Shown piece by piece: positions 47,795 through 58,434 of a stretch of DNA of 64,000 nt (position 1 is its first letter; every line of letters begins with the position of its first letter). Source of the stretch: Chloroflexota bacterium (lineage in GTDB: Bacteria > Chloroflexota > Dehalococcoidia > E44-bin15); the NCBI GenBank assembly GCA_030604825.1, contig JAUVVB010000001.1:56702-120701 (forward strand), written 5' to 3'. Below the pieces are notes generated by a model. It was not told the DNA's origin. It ran no database searches and worked only from the letters and a program-made list of their open reading frames with translations. Made by a program: the position numbers and the translations under genes.

Positions 47795-49267
47795 TCAGCT
47801 CTGACTTGCCCTCTTTGCTTTCGGGCCTTGGCTTTGAAGCACCAGTTTAGCGGTGGCCAGCGAGAAGCCGGCCAGTATCCAGAAGAGGGGCATAGTGACC
47901 ATCAGGTTATGATAGAAAGCATTTACCGCGTAAGCTATCAGGGCAGCAGCCAGGCCTACGGACAACCCTTTGATGAAACGTGTAGTCGACGCCCGGTAGG
48001 AGTCAAGGAGGTTGCGTAAGACGACGACATAAAGCCAGAGATAGGCTACCAGGGCCAGCGTTCCATAGCATATCCACATCATTAAGAAATCATTGTGGGG
48101 CGGCTCGCTCCCCAGAGTGCTGTAGCCCCAGTATCTCTCCTCCTCCCATGCCAAGAGGGACGGATCAACATCGGAGGCGTATTCCGGAGAGACGACCCTG
48201 AATCTGTCCCCGCCAATCCCCAACACCGGGTTCTCGATGGCCATGGAAATGCCCGACTGCCACAATATCTGCCGCGAAACAGAGCTTTCCTCTTGTGTAC
48301 CTGCTGGCCTGCCCCCAAGATATTGGCCCCCCAGCATTCCAGTTGCTGCAATGAGGCCAATTCCCAGCAATAAAACGGCAAAAATGATCTCGCCCCTGAT
48401 TCGCGTTTTCAAGAACAGAGCCAGTGCCACCAGCCCCAAGATCAGACCGAAGAGAGCTGAACGTGTATAGGTGAAGTACAAAGCCAATCCTATCAGCACC
48501 GCCGATGATCCTAGTAGCCATCTGGTGCCGGTGTTCACCCCCTTCACTAGAAAGACGCCGAGCAGCGCCGGAAGTGCCACCGAGAGGGTAAATGCCAGCT
48601 CAAGCTCGGTCTCACCCATCCCCGGCACCCTGCCTACCCCTTCCCGAGGGAGCTGGAGAAATCCGGGAATGAGGGTGTTTTGGTCCATACCGAGGAACTG
48701 GTAATGTTGCATCAAGCCGATAATGGCTGAGGCGGCCAAGCCAATAAAGGCCACTCCGCACAGTATCTTCAGGTCCTTCGAGTTCCTGACAACTGCTGGC
48801 AAAAAGATAATGATCAACAGGCCAACCAACATGTTTCGGAAATCTCTAAAGATGAAGTCGAGTCCCGTGTTAGCTATGTTGGCGATCACGCTTACTCCCA
48901 GCAATATGACAGCCGGGATCAGGACTCGCCGTGCCATTGGTCCCAGCTCGACCTGCTTTTGAGCAAAGGAGCGCCACAGGACGAGCCCAATCAGTATCAG
49001 CAACAAAAGACGAAGGCTGATTGTGAGGTCAAAGGGGGTGGTGACCATGTAGCTGGTGGCAGTCAACTGGCTGACCAAGAAGGCGGCCATGGCCCACACC
49101 GGCCTTCTCAGGCCGAGAAGGAACAAGGCAGCCACGGCCAGAAGCGCAGCCGTCAGCGGGCTGATCGGGATGAAGCTCCATATGAGCACTACTCCCAAGA
49201 CAGCCAGGACAATGGCTTGGGTGCGGTTCAACAGCCCTGGTCTTTGAGCTGCGGCTTCCATCTCCAT
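47795..49267 (-). CDS. wzy: O-antigen ligase/polymerase-like membrane protein (Wzy/WaaL family)
   Basis: 490 aa, ~11 TM with a large extracytoplasmic loop; sits between GT genes in a wzx/wzz locus. Confidence 0.65.
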   Translation of the reverse strand: MEMEAAAQRPGLLNRTQAIVLAVLGVVLIWSFIPISPLTAALLAVAALFLLGLRRPVWAMAAFLVSQLTATSYMVTTPFDLTISLRLLLLILIGLVLWRSFAQKQVELGPMARRVLIPAVILLGVSVIANIANTGLDFIFRDFRNMLVGLLIIIFLPAVVRNSKDLKILCGVAFIGLAASAIIGLMQHYQFLGMDQNTLIPGFLQLPREGVGRVPGMGETELELAFTLSVALPALLGVFLVKGVNTGTRWLLGSSAVLIGLALYFTYTRSALFGLILGLVALALFLKTRIRGEIIFAVLLLGIGLIAATGMLGGQYLGGRPAGTQEESSVSRQILWQSGISMAIENPVLGIGGDRFRVVSPEYASDVDPSLLAWEEERYWGYSTLGSEPPHNDFLMMWICYGTLALVAYLWLYVVVLRNLLDSYRASTTRFIKGLSVGLAAALIAYAVNAFYHNLMVTMPLFWILAGFSLATAKLVLQSQGPKAKRASQS

Positions 49268-49270
49268 CTC

Positions 49271-50422
49271 CTAGGCCAACAATTCCTCATAGACCTTCAG
49301 GTACTCATGCTTCATTACTTGCCACTGGCAGTTGCGGTAGAAGGCCTGACCATGGGAGGCCAGGGAAGCCCTCTTTTCTGGCCTGCTATAGAGCTCCAGA
49401 ATCCGGGCGGCCAAGTCCTTTTCGTCGTCGGGCTGGTAGTAGAGGACGTAGTCATCATCGAAGGTGGCCTTGAGGCTAGGCAGGGCGCTGACTACCGAGG
49501 GCTTACCTAGGGCAAAGTAATCAAATAGTTTATTGGGTAGGCCCACGTCATCGATCATGGGAACTATTCCTATATCCGCTTGGGCGATGAAATAAGGGAC
49601 GCTCTCAAGGGAGACCCAGCCGGTGAAGCAGATATGCTCATCCACTCCCAAATCGCGAGCCAGCTTCTCCAGCTCCGGGCGGTAATCCCCATCCCCCACC
49701 ACGTCCACCCTCAGCTCGGGGATGTCCTTGAGCAGCAGAGGCATAGCCCTTATCAGCGTTTGCACCCCATATCTCTTGAGGATGGTGCCGTGCGTTATCA
49801 GGCGGAAGTGGCCATCACTCGTCGGGGCAGGGGCAACGATGTTGAAGAGCTCATCATCGGGTACATTCAGCACCACGGTGAGCTTCTCGCTGGGGACACC
49901 ATGGCCTTCCAGCACTCGCTTATAGGGAATGCCGTCGGCGACGATTACCCGGTGGGCATAGCCAGCACTGACCCTCTCCAACAGGCGCAGCAGCCTGGCG
50001 CCTATATGATTGGGGCCTGTCTTGAAGGTGGAGGCGAAGAGCTCGGGCATGTTCTCATACATGTAGAGGATGACCTTCGTGCCCAGGAGCCTGGGGAATA
50101 GGGTGATGAAGACAAGAAAGTCAGGCATGGTATCCACTTCTATCACATCGTATCTCTTCTTCAACGAAAGCCAGGCCAGCTTCAGAGAAGAGAGGAGGAA
50201 GAAGGCAATGTATTCCAAAACGTACCAGAGAGCGTTGCCGCGGCGAAATCCCAAGGGGAGGCGATGCAAGTTTACCCCCCGAATTGTCTCCTGCCCCTTC
50301 TCGCCTTTCTTTCTGAGGCAAAGGACATCCACCTCATAGCCTTGGCTGACCAGAGCCTCAGCATTCCTCACCACATTCTTGTTAGGCCAGTACTTCTGTC
50401 TAATAATGCATACTCTCTTCAC
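49271..50422 (-). CDS. glycosyltransferase family 4
   Basis: 383 aa GT-B; ...VVSALPSLKATFDDDYVLYYQP C-terminal domain. Confidence 0.75.
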   Translation of the reverse strand: MKRVCIIRQKYWPNKNVVRNAEALVSQGYEVDVLCLRKKGEKGQETIRGVNLHRLPLGFRRGNALWYVLEYIAFFLLSSLKLAWLSLKKRYDVIEVDTMPDFLVFITLFPRLLGTKVILYMYENMPELFASTFKTGPNHIGARLLRLLERVSAGYAHRVIVADGIPYKRVLEGHGVPSEKLTVVLNVPDDELFNIVAPAPTSDGHFRLITHGTILKRYGVQTLIRAMPLLLKDIPELRVDVVGDGDYRPELEKLARDLGVDEHICFTGWVSLESVPYFIAQADIGIVPMIDDVGLPNKLFDYFALGKPSVVSALPSLKATFDDDYVLYYQPDDEKDLAARILELYSRPEKRASLASHGQAFYRNCQWQVMKHEYLKVYEELLA

Positions 50423-50431
50423 GAGCCCTCC

Positions 50432-51412
50432 TCAGGCTTTTTGCCAGAACCACAATCGGCCCAGCCCTCGCCTCCTCTTCTCTTGAAGCAGTTCCTCATA
50501 GAGGGAGATGATCCTTCGGCTGATGGCTCCGATCTCGACGTGGCCTATCCCGTCCCTGCCATCGGTCCTTCTTCCCCTCTTAAGCGCCAGTTCAAGCTTG
50601 CCAGCTACGTCCTGTGGGTCCTGGGAACAGAGGTAACAGCCCTCGGTGCCTCCGATAACCTGGGGCACATCCCCCGCCGGGACCGACACGATTGGCAGGT
50701 TACAAGCCATAGCTTCTTTGATAACCATGGGCGAGCCCTCACCATCTGATACCAGCAGCAATACGTCGCAAGCACTCATGTATTTCGGAACCGCAGAAAG
50801 CGGCTTCCCCCCTACCAGGACTAGCTCCACATCGGGGTCCCTTTCCCGAAGGAGGTCCACCGATTTCTGCACGATGTCGAACCTCTTGATCGGTCTCCAG
50901 TATTCCCCCGCCCACAGAACCAGCTTCCTGTCCTGGGGGAGATTCAGCTCTTCTCTCGCCTGTTGCCGGGGCATCGGCTTAAACAGATCAAAGTCGATGC
51001 CGCAGGGGATGACCTCGAGTTTGTTATTTTCCATTTTCTCCTTCATCTCTGGAGATACCACTATCGCCCGGTCCATTAGCGGGGTGACTAGCCGGCAAAT
51101 GGGAGCTTGCCAACCGGCAAATACCTGGGAGCCATGGTGGGTAAGCAACACCGGGTAGAGGAATTGCGCCCTGGCAATTATCCCGGAAAACACGTAGTGG
51201 GCATGGATCAGGTCATAGCGGTGGGTCAAAAGCCATGCCCAGAGCCGGGGAAAGGCCCATAGATAGTTGAGGGTGTTTTTTACCCCATCAACAAAGAATA
51301 CATCTACCTGCACCCCCTCCTTCCTCAGGGATTCTACCTGTTCCTTAACAAAGGTGCCGAACCAAGGCTTCCTTTCCGTGGGATACATGTTAGTGAGGAC
51401 CAAAACCTTCAT
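50432..51412 (-). CDS. glycosyltransferase family 4
   Basis: Start taken at internal Met (MKVLVLTNMYP), avoiding overlap with the epimerase; GSPMVIKEAMACNLPIVSVPAGDVPQVI. Confidence 0.75.
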   Translation of the reverse strand: MKVLVLTNMYPTERKPWFGTFVKEQVESLRKEGVQVDVFFVDGVKNTLNYLWAFPRLWAWLLTHRYDLIHAHYVFSGIIARAQFLYPVLLTHHGSQVFAGWQAPICRLVTPLMDRAIVVSPEMKEKMENNKLEVIPCGIDFDLFKPMPRQQAREELNLPQDRKLVLWAGEYWRPIKRFDIVQKSVDLLRERDPDVELVLVGGKPLSAVPKYMSACDVLLLVSDGEGSPMVIKEAMACNLPIVSVPAGDVPQVIGGTEGCYLCSQDPQDVAGKLELALKRGRRTDGRDGIGHVEIGAISRRIISLYEELLQEKRRRGLGRLWFWQKA

Positions 51413-51416
51413 CCCG

Positions 51417-52376
51417 TCACCTCCTATTCTCCCGATACCAGCGGACAAAGAGGGGTATGCCCTCCTCTATGCTTACCTTAGGCTCGTAGCCGAGAAGGGC
51501 CTGGGCCTTGGAGATATCAGCCAGGGTGACGGGCACCTCCCCAGATTGTGGTGCCAGGTTCCTGGTCCTGGCCTTCTTGCCCAGGGCTTCTTCGATCAGC
51601 TCGAGGAGATATCTGAGATCCACGGCCTCTCCCCTACCTAGGTTAAAAATGTGGAAGCCTTTTTCCTGTCGGACGAGGGCAGCCTCAAAACCAGCTATGA
51701 TGTCGTCAACATAGGTGTAGTCCCTTTTGGCGGTGCCATCGCCAAAGAGGGTAACCTCCTCCCCCTGATCTACCATTTTGACAAAGCGATGGATGGCCAT
51801 CTCCGGTCTCTGGCGAGGCCCGTACACCGTGAACAATCTGAACACCACAAGGGGCAAGGGGTAAAGGTAGCTATAGGTGCGGCAGAAGAGCTCCGCCGCT
51901 GCCTTGGAGGCGGCATAGGGCGAGATAGGGTAACTCACCTTGGCGTCCTCGTTGAACGGAGCCTTTCCATTGAGGCCGTAGACAGATGACGAGGAGGCGA
52001 AGAGGAACTGCTTGACCCCGGAGGCTCGGCAGGCCTCTAGCAGGTTTATTGTCCCCTTTATATTGACATCTTGGTACAGGAGTGGCTGCTCTAGGGAGGG
52101 CCTGACCCCGGCGCGAGCCGCAAGATGCACCACCGCGCCGATGCCGTTCTCCGAGAAAACATGGCCTAAGAGGAGAGCATCCCGGATGTCCCCCTCTACT
52201 AGCAGGAAGCCATCTTTTTCTCGCAGGGCATGGATATTCTTCCACTTGATGGCCGGGGAGTAAGAATCATCGAAGTTGTCCAACCCCACCACCTGGTACC
52301 CCAGACAGAGCAGCCGCTCCACTAGGTGGGAGCCGATAAAGCCGGCGGCACCGGTGACCAAGACTGCTTTTTTCAC
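51417..52376 (-). CDS. NAD-dependent epimerase/dehydratase (UDP-sugar 4-epimerase-like SDR)
   Basis: VLVTGAAGFIGSHLVERLL Rossmann N-terminus; catalytic YAASK. Confidence 0.8.
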   Translation of the reverse strand: MKKAVLVTGAAGFIGSHLVERLLCLGYQVVGLDNFDDSYSPAIKWKNIHALREKDGFLLVEGDIRDALLLGHVFSENGIGAVVHLAARAGVRPSLEQPLLYQDVNIKGTINLLEACRASGVKQFLFASSSSVYGLNGKAPFNEDAKVSYPISPYAASKAAAELFCRTYSYLYPLPLVVFRLFTVYGPRQRPEMAIHRFVKMVDQGEEVTLFGDGTAKRDYTYVDDIIAGFEAALVRQEKGFHIFNLGRGEAVDLRYLLELIEEALGKKARTRNLAPQSGEVPVTLADISKAQALLGYEPKVSIEEGIPLFVRWYRENRR

Positions 52377-53353
52377 GTCTCCTTCCCCTGTTCCTCTGTC
52401 CCCTCCTCGTCCTCTTCCTTCTCCTTTAGTCTGGGTGTAGTGGCTGGTGACGGGCGAGCGTACCTGCTCAGGCCTTTGAAGTTCAACCCCACCCAGGCAA
52501 AACCTACGCCAAACACAGCCCCCATTATCAGGGCGTTTCGACCCCTTATCTTGTCCGGGGGCACCAAAGTTGGAGCTGAGGGGTCTCCGATGATAAGGCG
52601 ACCGAGCACCTCCGGCTCGACGGGATCGGCGGTGGACAACGATACCAGTTGGGCGGACAAGGTATCGAGTTCTCTTTGTAGCGCCCTGACCCTAGCATCG
52701 GTCATGACATAGGCTACGTCCAGCTCGAGCAGGTCGGCGTCCACGAGCCCGTCAACCCCGGTTTGCGTCGCCAGGTCAGCGAGCTCGTTTCTGGCTTCAA
52801 CCAGGTCGGCACTGACGCTGCCGAACCTCGCCTTCACGTACTGGTACTCTTTCTGCTGCAGATCGCGTTCTTCCGCCGTCAAATAATCCTGGAAGACCTG
52901 CGGTGCGATGCCAGCGAGAAAGAAAGCCTCGCCCTCGCTGGGGCTGGTCATCCTCACAGAGACAAGGGGGTTGTCGCTTGAGTATTCGTATCTAACTCTC
53001 ATCATTTCCTCCAGCTCCTGGAGGGTGTGAGAATACCGGGGGGCCAGAACCTCCACCTCATGGCTGAAGAACTCAAGGAAAGAAGAGGTGCCCATCTTGG
53101 CGGCGTAGTACTCTCCTTCATATTGGAGGCTTTTCACACTCCTGTAATACGAGCCGGGGGGCATGAGTTCGAGGGTCACTGTGCTTTCGTAGAGGTCAGG
53201 CGGGCTATTGAAGTGAATGGGTGGCCATCCCATTTCGGCTTCGGCATTTATAGGGCTGATGTGCCAATAGCCCAGGCCCAACAGACCCCCCACGATAAGC
53301 CCCAGCAACAAAATCAAAATCGAGCGGCGGCTGAAAAACGGAACCATGTTCAC
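52373..53353 (-). CDS. wzz: polysaccharide chain-length determinant (Wzz/PCP) protein
   Basis: N- and C-terminal TM helices (ILILLLGLIVGGLLGL...; ALIMGAVFGVGFAWVGL) flanking a coiled-coil periplasmic region. Confidence 0.7.
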   Translation of the reverse strand: MNMVPFFSRRSILILLLGLIVGGLLGLGYWHISPINAEAEMGWPPIHFNSPPDLYESTVTLELMPPGSYYRSVKSLQYEGEYYAAKMGTSSFLEFFSHEVEVLAPRYSHTLQELEEMMRVRYEYSSDNPLVSVRMTSPSEGEAFFLAGIAPQVFQDYLTAEERDLQQKEYQYVKARFGSVSADLVEARNELADLATQTGVDGLVDADLLELDVAYVMTDARVRALQRELDTLSAQLVSLSTADPVEPEVLGRLIIGDPSAPTLVPPDKIRGRNALIMGAVFGVGFAWVGLNFKGLSRYARPSPATTPRLKEKEEDEEGTEEQGKET

Positions 53354-53360
53354 TACCTCC

Positions 53361-54488
53361 TCACACTTCTAGTTTACTTGCCTCCAGACCGAACTCGGAA
53401 AAGTCCCGAAAGCAGTCACAGACATAGCCTATTTCCTCGGCGGTGAGCTCAGGGTACATGGGAAGGGAGAGTATCTCCCCGCTAACCTCCTCGGTGACGG
53501 GCAAAAAGGCATCGTTGCCGCAATAGCCTCGGCAGGCCTCCTGCAAATGGATGGGGATAGGGTAATGTATTCCTGTGGCTACGCCTTTGGCTTCCAGCCA
53601 GGCGCGAAGCTGGTCACGGTTTGGGGTTCTGATGACATAGAGATGGTAGACATGCTTGGCCCAGGGCATCTGCTGTGGTTTGGTCACCGATGAGGGCAGG
53701 CCTGCCTCATAGGCCTGGGCAAGGCTGCGCCGCCTTTCGTTCCACTCATCCAGGTGGGGGAGCTTTACCCTGAGCACAGCAGCCTGGATCTCGTCAAGGC
53801 GGCCATTAACCCCCAACAGATGGTGATGATATTTGGCATCCTGGCCATGGTCTCGCAGCATCTTGGACTTCCTGGCTATATCGGGGTCGGAGGTTACCAT
53901 CATTCCTGCCTCGCCATAGGCCCCCAGGTTCTTGGTGAAATAGAAGCTGAAACATCCGACATCCCCCAGGGAACCGGTGCGGCACCCTTGGCATTCAGCA
54001 CCATGGGCCTGACAGGCATCCTCGATAACCTTGAGGTTGTAAGTTCGGGCCAGCTCCAAGATGGGCCCCATGTCGGCGGGGTGCCCATATAGATGGACGG
54101 GGAGGATGGCCCTGGTCCTGGCGGTGATCCTACTTTCTATCTGGGAGGGGTCCATGTTATAAGTGTGGGGGTCGATGTCGACGAAGACGGGCCTGGCCCC
54201 CACCAGGGCTATGGCTTCGACGGTGGCAAAGAAGGTATGGGAAACAGTGATCACCTCATCCCCTGGCCCCACCCCACAGGCGCGCAGGGCTAGGTGCAGG
54301 GCTTCGGTCCCCGAGCCCACGCCGATGGCAAATTCGGTGCCACAGTAGCGGGCGAACTCGGCCTCCAACGCCTGAACATTCTGGCCCAGGAAGAGCTGCA
54401 TTCCTTCCAGAGCCTCACCTATCCCAGCCAGAACCTCTGCTCTAATGGCCTGATACTGTTTCTTTAGGTCAACGAAGGGTATAAACAT
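53361..54488 (-). CDS. DegT/DnrJ/EryC1/StrS PLP-dependent sugar aminotransferase (WbpE-like)
   Basis: 375 aa; CFSFYFTKNLGAYGEAGMMV (PLP-Lys region). Confidence 0.8.
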   Translation of the reverse strand: MFIPFVDLKKQYQAIRAEVLAGIGEALEGMQLFLGQNVQALEAEFARYCGTEFAIGVGSGTEALHLALRACGVGPGDEVITVSHTFFATVEAIALVGARPVFVDIDPHTYNMDPSQIESRITARTRAILPVHLYGHPADMGPILELARTYNLKVIEDACQAHGAECQGCRTGSLGDVGCFSFYFTKNLGAYGEAGMMVTSDPDIARKSKMLRDHGQDAKYHHHLLGVNGRLDEIQAAVLRVKLPHLDEWNERRRSLAQAYEAGLPSSVTKPQQMPWAKHVYHLYVIRTPNRDQLRAWLEAKGVATGIHYPIPIHLQEACRGYCGNDAFLPVTEEVSGEILSLPMYPELTAEEIGYVCDCFRDFSEFGLEASKLEV

Positions 54489-55140
54489 CTTTTAACCTCT
54501 CTATGAGATGGCTGTAGGGCTTGTCCCTAAGGCCGTTGGTACAAACCAAGTCCTCTATCCTGCCCCTGACCTGAGCCGGGTTGCCGTAGGCCACTGCCCC
54601 AGGCGGGATGTCTTCGGTGACCACGCTTCCGGCGCCAATCAGGGCATATTCTCCTATAGTGACTCGAGGGAGCACGCAAACATTGATGCCGATCTGAGCC
54701 CCCCTTTTGATAAGGGGACCTCTCATGCACTCCGCGGCATCGGGGCACCCGGGGTGAAGATCATTAGCTAGGATAACGCCAGGCCCTAAAAAGGCATCGT
54801 CCTCGATAGTGGTGAACTGAGTGATATAGACATTGTGATGGATCTTGACGTTATTCCCTATCCTGCAGCCGTAGTCGATGGTGGAGTTGCTCCAGATGCG
54901 GAGGTTATCTCCGACGAGGTTTTGCTCCCTGATGACCACATTGTGGCCGGTTTCCAGATTGCAGCCGATGCAGCTGCCGCCATAGATAACGGTGCCACTC
55001 CGAATACGGGCGCTGGGCCCGATGATGAGCAGGTGGTCGTCGCCCTGGGCCGGAGGGTAGCCGAGAACCACCCCCAAATCGATCACCGCACCTTCCCCTA
55101 ACCGTACCGCAGAGCTATTTTGCCTTTGACCTTTCATCAA
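54469..55140 (-). CDS. hexapeptide-repeat sugar N-acetyltransferase (WbpD/PglD-like)
   Basis: Left-handed beta-helix repeats (IGNNVKIHHNVYI..., IGINVCVLPRVTIGEYALIGAGSVV). Confidence 0.75.
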   Translation of the reverse strand: MMKGQRQNSSAVRLGEGAVIDLGVVLGYPPAQGDDHLLIIGPSARIRSGTVIYGGSCIGCNLETGHNVVIREQNLVGDNLRIWSNSTIDYGCRIGNNVKIHHNVYITQFTTIEDDAFLGPGVILANDLHPGCPDAAECMRGPLIKRGAQIGINVCVLPRVTIGEYALIGAGSVVTEDIPPGAVAYGNPAQVRGRIEDLVCTNGLRDKPYSHLIERLKDVYTLR

Positions 55141-56198
55141 CGTTTCCCCTGAATAAGCTTTGCTGAACAGCCCTCAGCAATAGCCATAGTCGAGGGCAGC
55201 TTCTCTCGCCGGCCTCCGTTCAAAAGGGACCTATTTGCTGCTTCTAGGATATTGACTATCTTGAGCCCCGCCCAGCCATCGCTCCTGGGCCTCTTGCCTT
55301 CAGTTATGCACTGCAAGAAGTGGCTGCACTCCAACTTCAAAGGCTCGGCATTGGAAATGAAGGGGATGGTCACATCGCCGTGGCGATAACTGGGGGGCCA
55401 GGCGGCGAACTTATCAGCGTTGGCGGGAATGGCTACTCCCTTATCGTAGATGCGTATCTTTTCCGCCTCCGACACGTCGTCATAGATCACCATCTTCTTG
55501 CTGCCGACGATGGTGATCTGGCGCACCTTACAGGGGTCAAGCCAGCTCACGTGCAAATGGGCCAGGGCCTCGCCGGGGAATCTGAGCTCCAGATAGGCCA
55601 CATCGTAAACAGCGGCGTCGATATGGCCCCCTCCCCTGGCGCTTACTGTGATGGGTTCCCCATCCAGCAGGGCAACCACGATACAGATGTCGTGGGGGGC
55701 CAGGTCCCAGAGGACATTGACGTCAGGACGGAACAGGCCCAGATTGAGCCGGGCAGCATCGATATAGTAGATCTCTCCCAGCTCCCCGCTCTTCACCAGT
55801 TGCCGCAGGAAGTCCACGGCTGGATGATATTCATAGGTATGCCCTACCATCAGCACCCGGTTTCGCTTCTCGGCCAGCTCAATGAGCTCCACCGCCTCCC
55901 GGCTGCTGGCAGTTATGGGCTTTTCCACCAGGACATGCTTATCGTGGAGCAGTGCCTCCCTGGTCAGACGATAGTGGGAGCAGACCGGGGTGGCTACTAC
56001 CACGGCGTCCACATCGCCCTTAAGCAGGTCCCCGAAGTCGGAGGTAGTCACCACATAGGGATATTGCCTTCGGACCTGTTCGAGCCTGTCCTGCTCGAGG
56101 TCACAGACCATGGTCACGTTTGCCCCCGCCAGCTCGTGAAAATTCCTGACGTGCTTCGGCCCCCAATAGCCGCAACCGACGATGCCCACATTAACCAT
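55137..56198 (-). CDS. Gfo/Idh/MocA-family UDP-sugar oxidoreductase (WbpB-like)
   Basis: VNVGIVGCGYWGPKHVRNF N-terminal Rossmann fold; 353 aa. Confidence 0.75.
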   Translation of the reverse strand: MVNVGIVGCGYWGPKHVRNFHELAGANVTMVCDLEQDRLEQVRRQYPYVVTTSDFGDLLKGDVDAVVVATPVCSHYRLTREALLHDKHVLVEKPITASSREAVELIELAEKRNRVLMVGHTYEYHPAVDFLRQLVKSGELGEIYYIDAARLNLGLFRPDVNVLWDLAPHDICIVVALLDGEPITVSARGGGHIDAAVYDVAYLELRFPGEALAHLHVSWLDPCKVRQITIVGSKKMVIYDDVSEAEKIRIYDKGVAIPANADKFAAWPPSYRHGDVTIPFISNAEPLKLECSHFLQCITEGKRPRSDGWAGLKIVNILEAANRSLLNGGRREKLPSTMAIAEGCSAKLIQGKR

Positions 56199-56889
56199 CT
56201 CGCATCTCCTTTAGCTCTCGGTAGCTGCCGTCCCTCCCCAGGACGGTGCCCACGGTTAGCAACATGATTTTGCCGTCCAGAAGCGGCGACTGCCTCTCTA
56301 CGTAGTCGATATCGAGGCGCACCATTTGGTCAAAGGAAAGGCCAGCCCGCCCACATACCTGCCATAGCCCCGTGATGCCCGGTTTGACTGAAAACCTCTT
56401 TTTGTGCCAATCTTCATACAGCTCCACAGCGAAGGGAATATCCGGTCTGGGGCCGACAAAGGACATCTCTCCCTTCAGCATGTTGAAAAGCTGGGGAAGC
56501 TCATCTAGGTTGGTCTTGCGCAGCAAAGCACCCACTCGGGTCACCCGCGGATCATCAGCGACCTTATACACCGGCCGCCCTTGGCGGTCTACTCCATAGG
56601 GGACACCTTGGGTGATAAGCCTCCTCAAATATGCCTTGTAATCGCTGTCGTCGTTATTCACATGCATGGTCCGGAATTTGTAAGCGGTGAATCTGCGACC
56701 GTCCTTCCCCACCCGCTCCTGGGCGAATATCGGACTTCCAGGCGAATCGACCCTGATCCCGATTGCTAGTAGAGCCAGGAGCGGGGATAAAACCACTATG
56801 CCCAGCACCGCCAGCAAACGGTCAAAGACACCCTTCCAGCAGGAATAGGCAAATAGGCGGCGAACTCCTTTGCCCTCTAGGATGGCCAT
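56191..56889 (-). CDS. undecaprenyl-phosphate sugar phosphotransferase (initiating bacterial sugar transferase, PglC/WbaP C-terminal type)
   Basis: N-terminal TM then [15 protein letters not shown]...GPRP...[22 protein letters not shown]-like motifs. Confidence 0.8.
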   Translation of the reverse strand: [232 protein letters not shown]

Positions 56890-57022
56890 ATGTTCAGACT
56901 CCCCTTTCGGTCCACTAGGGCTGCTACCGCCAGGGCATCCACCAGGTGGCTGCCAATGAATCCGGCCCCGCCGGTAACCAAGATCTTCTTTCCCGCTAGT
57001 TTCATCGCTTTTACTCGCTGGC

Positions 57023-58405
57023 TTAGCTTTGAATCGACTCTACCGCTTCCAATTCTAGCTGGATTTTGTGCTTGACCAACGCTGCCTTTGGCTGCTTACG
57101 GCTGATCTCTCCACGGCCCACACCCTCGTATATGAACCCTGCTTTAATCATCTGCTCGGGGTCATAGAGGTTGCGACCATCAATGAGGATGGGGCAGTTC
57201 ATCGAAGAACTGATCCTTCTCATATCTAGCTCTTTGAACTCATCCCACTCGGTAACCAGTATGAGGGCGTCGCTGCCCTCGGCTACTTCATAAGCGTCAG
57301 CACAATAGGTCACCGTGGGCATGAGTTTAGCTGCAGTCTTCATCGCTACCGGGTCGTAGGCTTTTATTCGGCAGCCTTGCTCCTGGAGGAGAGAAATGAC
57401 CGACAGTGATGAGGCCTCGCGCATATCGTCCGAATTGGGCTTGAAAGAAAGCCCCAGGATGCCGACGGTCTTGCCTTTTGTCGAGCCGAGCAGCTTTTGA
57501 AGCTTTGCCACCACCATTCGAGGTTGGCGAAGGTTGACCCTGAGCACTGAGCGAATCAGTGGGGCAGAGACCCCCCGGCTTGCCGCCATATAGATTAGAC
57601 CCCTTACATCCTTGGGCAAACAGCTACCACCCCATCCCAAACCCGCCCCCAGATAGCCGTCACCACATCGAGGTTCCATACCAACTACCCTGGCCACATC
57701 CACAACGTTGACTCCCAACTTGTCGCAAAGTAAGGCAATTTCATTGATAAAGCTGATCCTGGCAGCAAGGAAGGCATTTGACGCATACTTAGACAACTCC
57801 GCGGTCCGAGCATCGCACAGGATAATGGGGCAACCCAATGGCTCATAGAGCTGGGCCACGGCCTGAGCAGCGTTCACATCTGCTGAACCCACAACCACCC
57901 GGATGGGATGGAGGAAGTCGAAGACCGCCAAGCCCTCCCGTAAGAACTCGGGATTGGATACTACAGCAAAATTGTGGTTGCTCCGCTTGTAGCGGGCAAT
58001 TATTCCAGCCACAAGGTCAGCAGTGCCTACCGGCACCGTACTCTTGTTGACCACAATGATGGGTCCGTTGGCTGCCTCGGCGATGCCCCTGGCCGCTGAG
58101 CGTACCCATCTCAGGTCAGGTCTTCCGTTTCTGGTCGATGGTGTGCCCACAGCAATAAAGACGAATTCACTACCGTCTAACCCTTGTTCATAGTCGCTGG
58201 TCAGGCGTAACCTTCCCCCTGCCCAGTGGCGTTGCCAAAGCTCAGGCAGGTCTGGCTCGTGAACCGGCAACACCCCCTGCTCCAGGGCATTTAACCTCTC
58301 ACCATCGATCTCCAACAGGGTTACCCGATGGCCGAGTTCAGCGAAACAGGCCGCTGTGACCAGGCCTACGTATCCTGCTCCGATAACGCTGATACTTTTC
58401 ACCAT
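57023..58405 (-). CDS. UDP-N-acetyl-D-glucosamine/mannosamine 6-dehydrogenase (WbpA/WecC family)
   Basis: Start moved to ATG 58405 (MVKSISVIGAGYVGL) behind GGAGGT; catalytic GGSCLPKD; the track ORF extends 20 codons upstream and would overlap the next gene. Confidence 0.8.
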   Translation of the reverse strand: MVKSISVIGAGYVGLVTAACFAELGHRVTLLEIDGERLNALEQGVLPVHEPDLPELWQRHWAGGRLRLTSDYEQGLDGSEFVFIAVGTPSTRNGRPDLRWVRSAARGIAEAANGPIIVVNKSTVPVGTADLVAGIIARYKRSNHNFAVVSNPEFLREGLAVFDFLHPIRVVVGSADVNAAQAVAQLYEPLGCPIILCDARTAELSKYASNAFLAARISFINEIALLCDKLGVNVVDVARVVGMEPRCGDGYLGAGLGWGGSCLPKDVRGLIYMAASRGVSAPLIRSVLRVNLRQPRMVVAKLQKLLGSTKGKTVGILGLSFKPNSDDMREASSLSVISLLQEQGCRIKAYDPVAMKTAAKLMPTVTYCADAYEVAEGSDALILVTEWDEFKELDMRRISSSMNCPILIDGRNLYDPEQMIKAGFIYEGVGRGEISRKQPKAALVKHKIQLELEAVESIQS

Positions 58406-58434
58406 CTCTATACCTCCAACATAGCCTGCCCAAG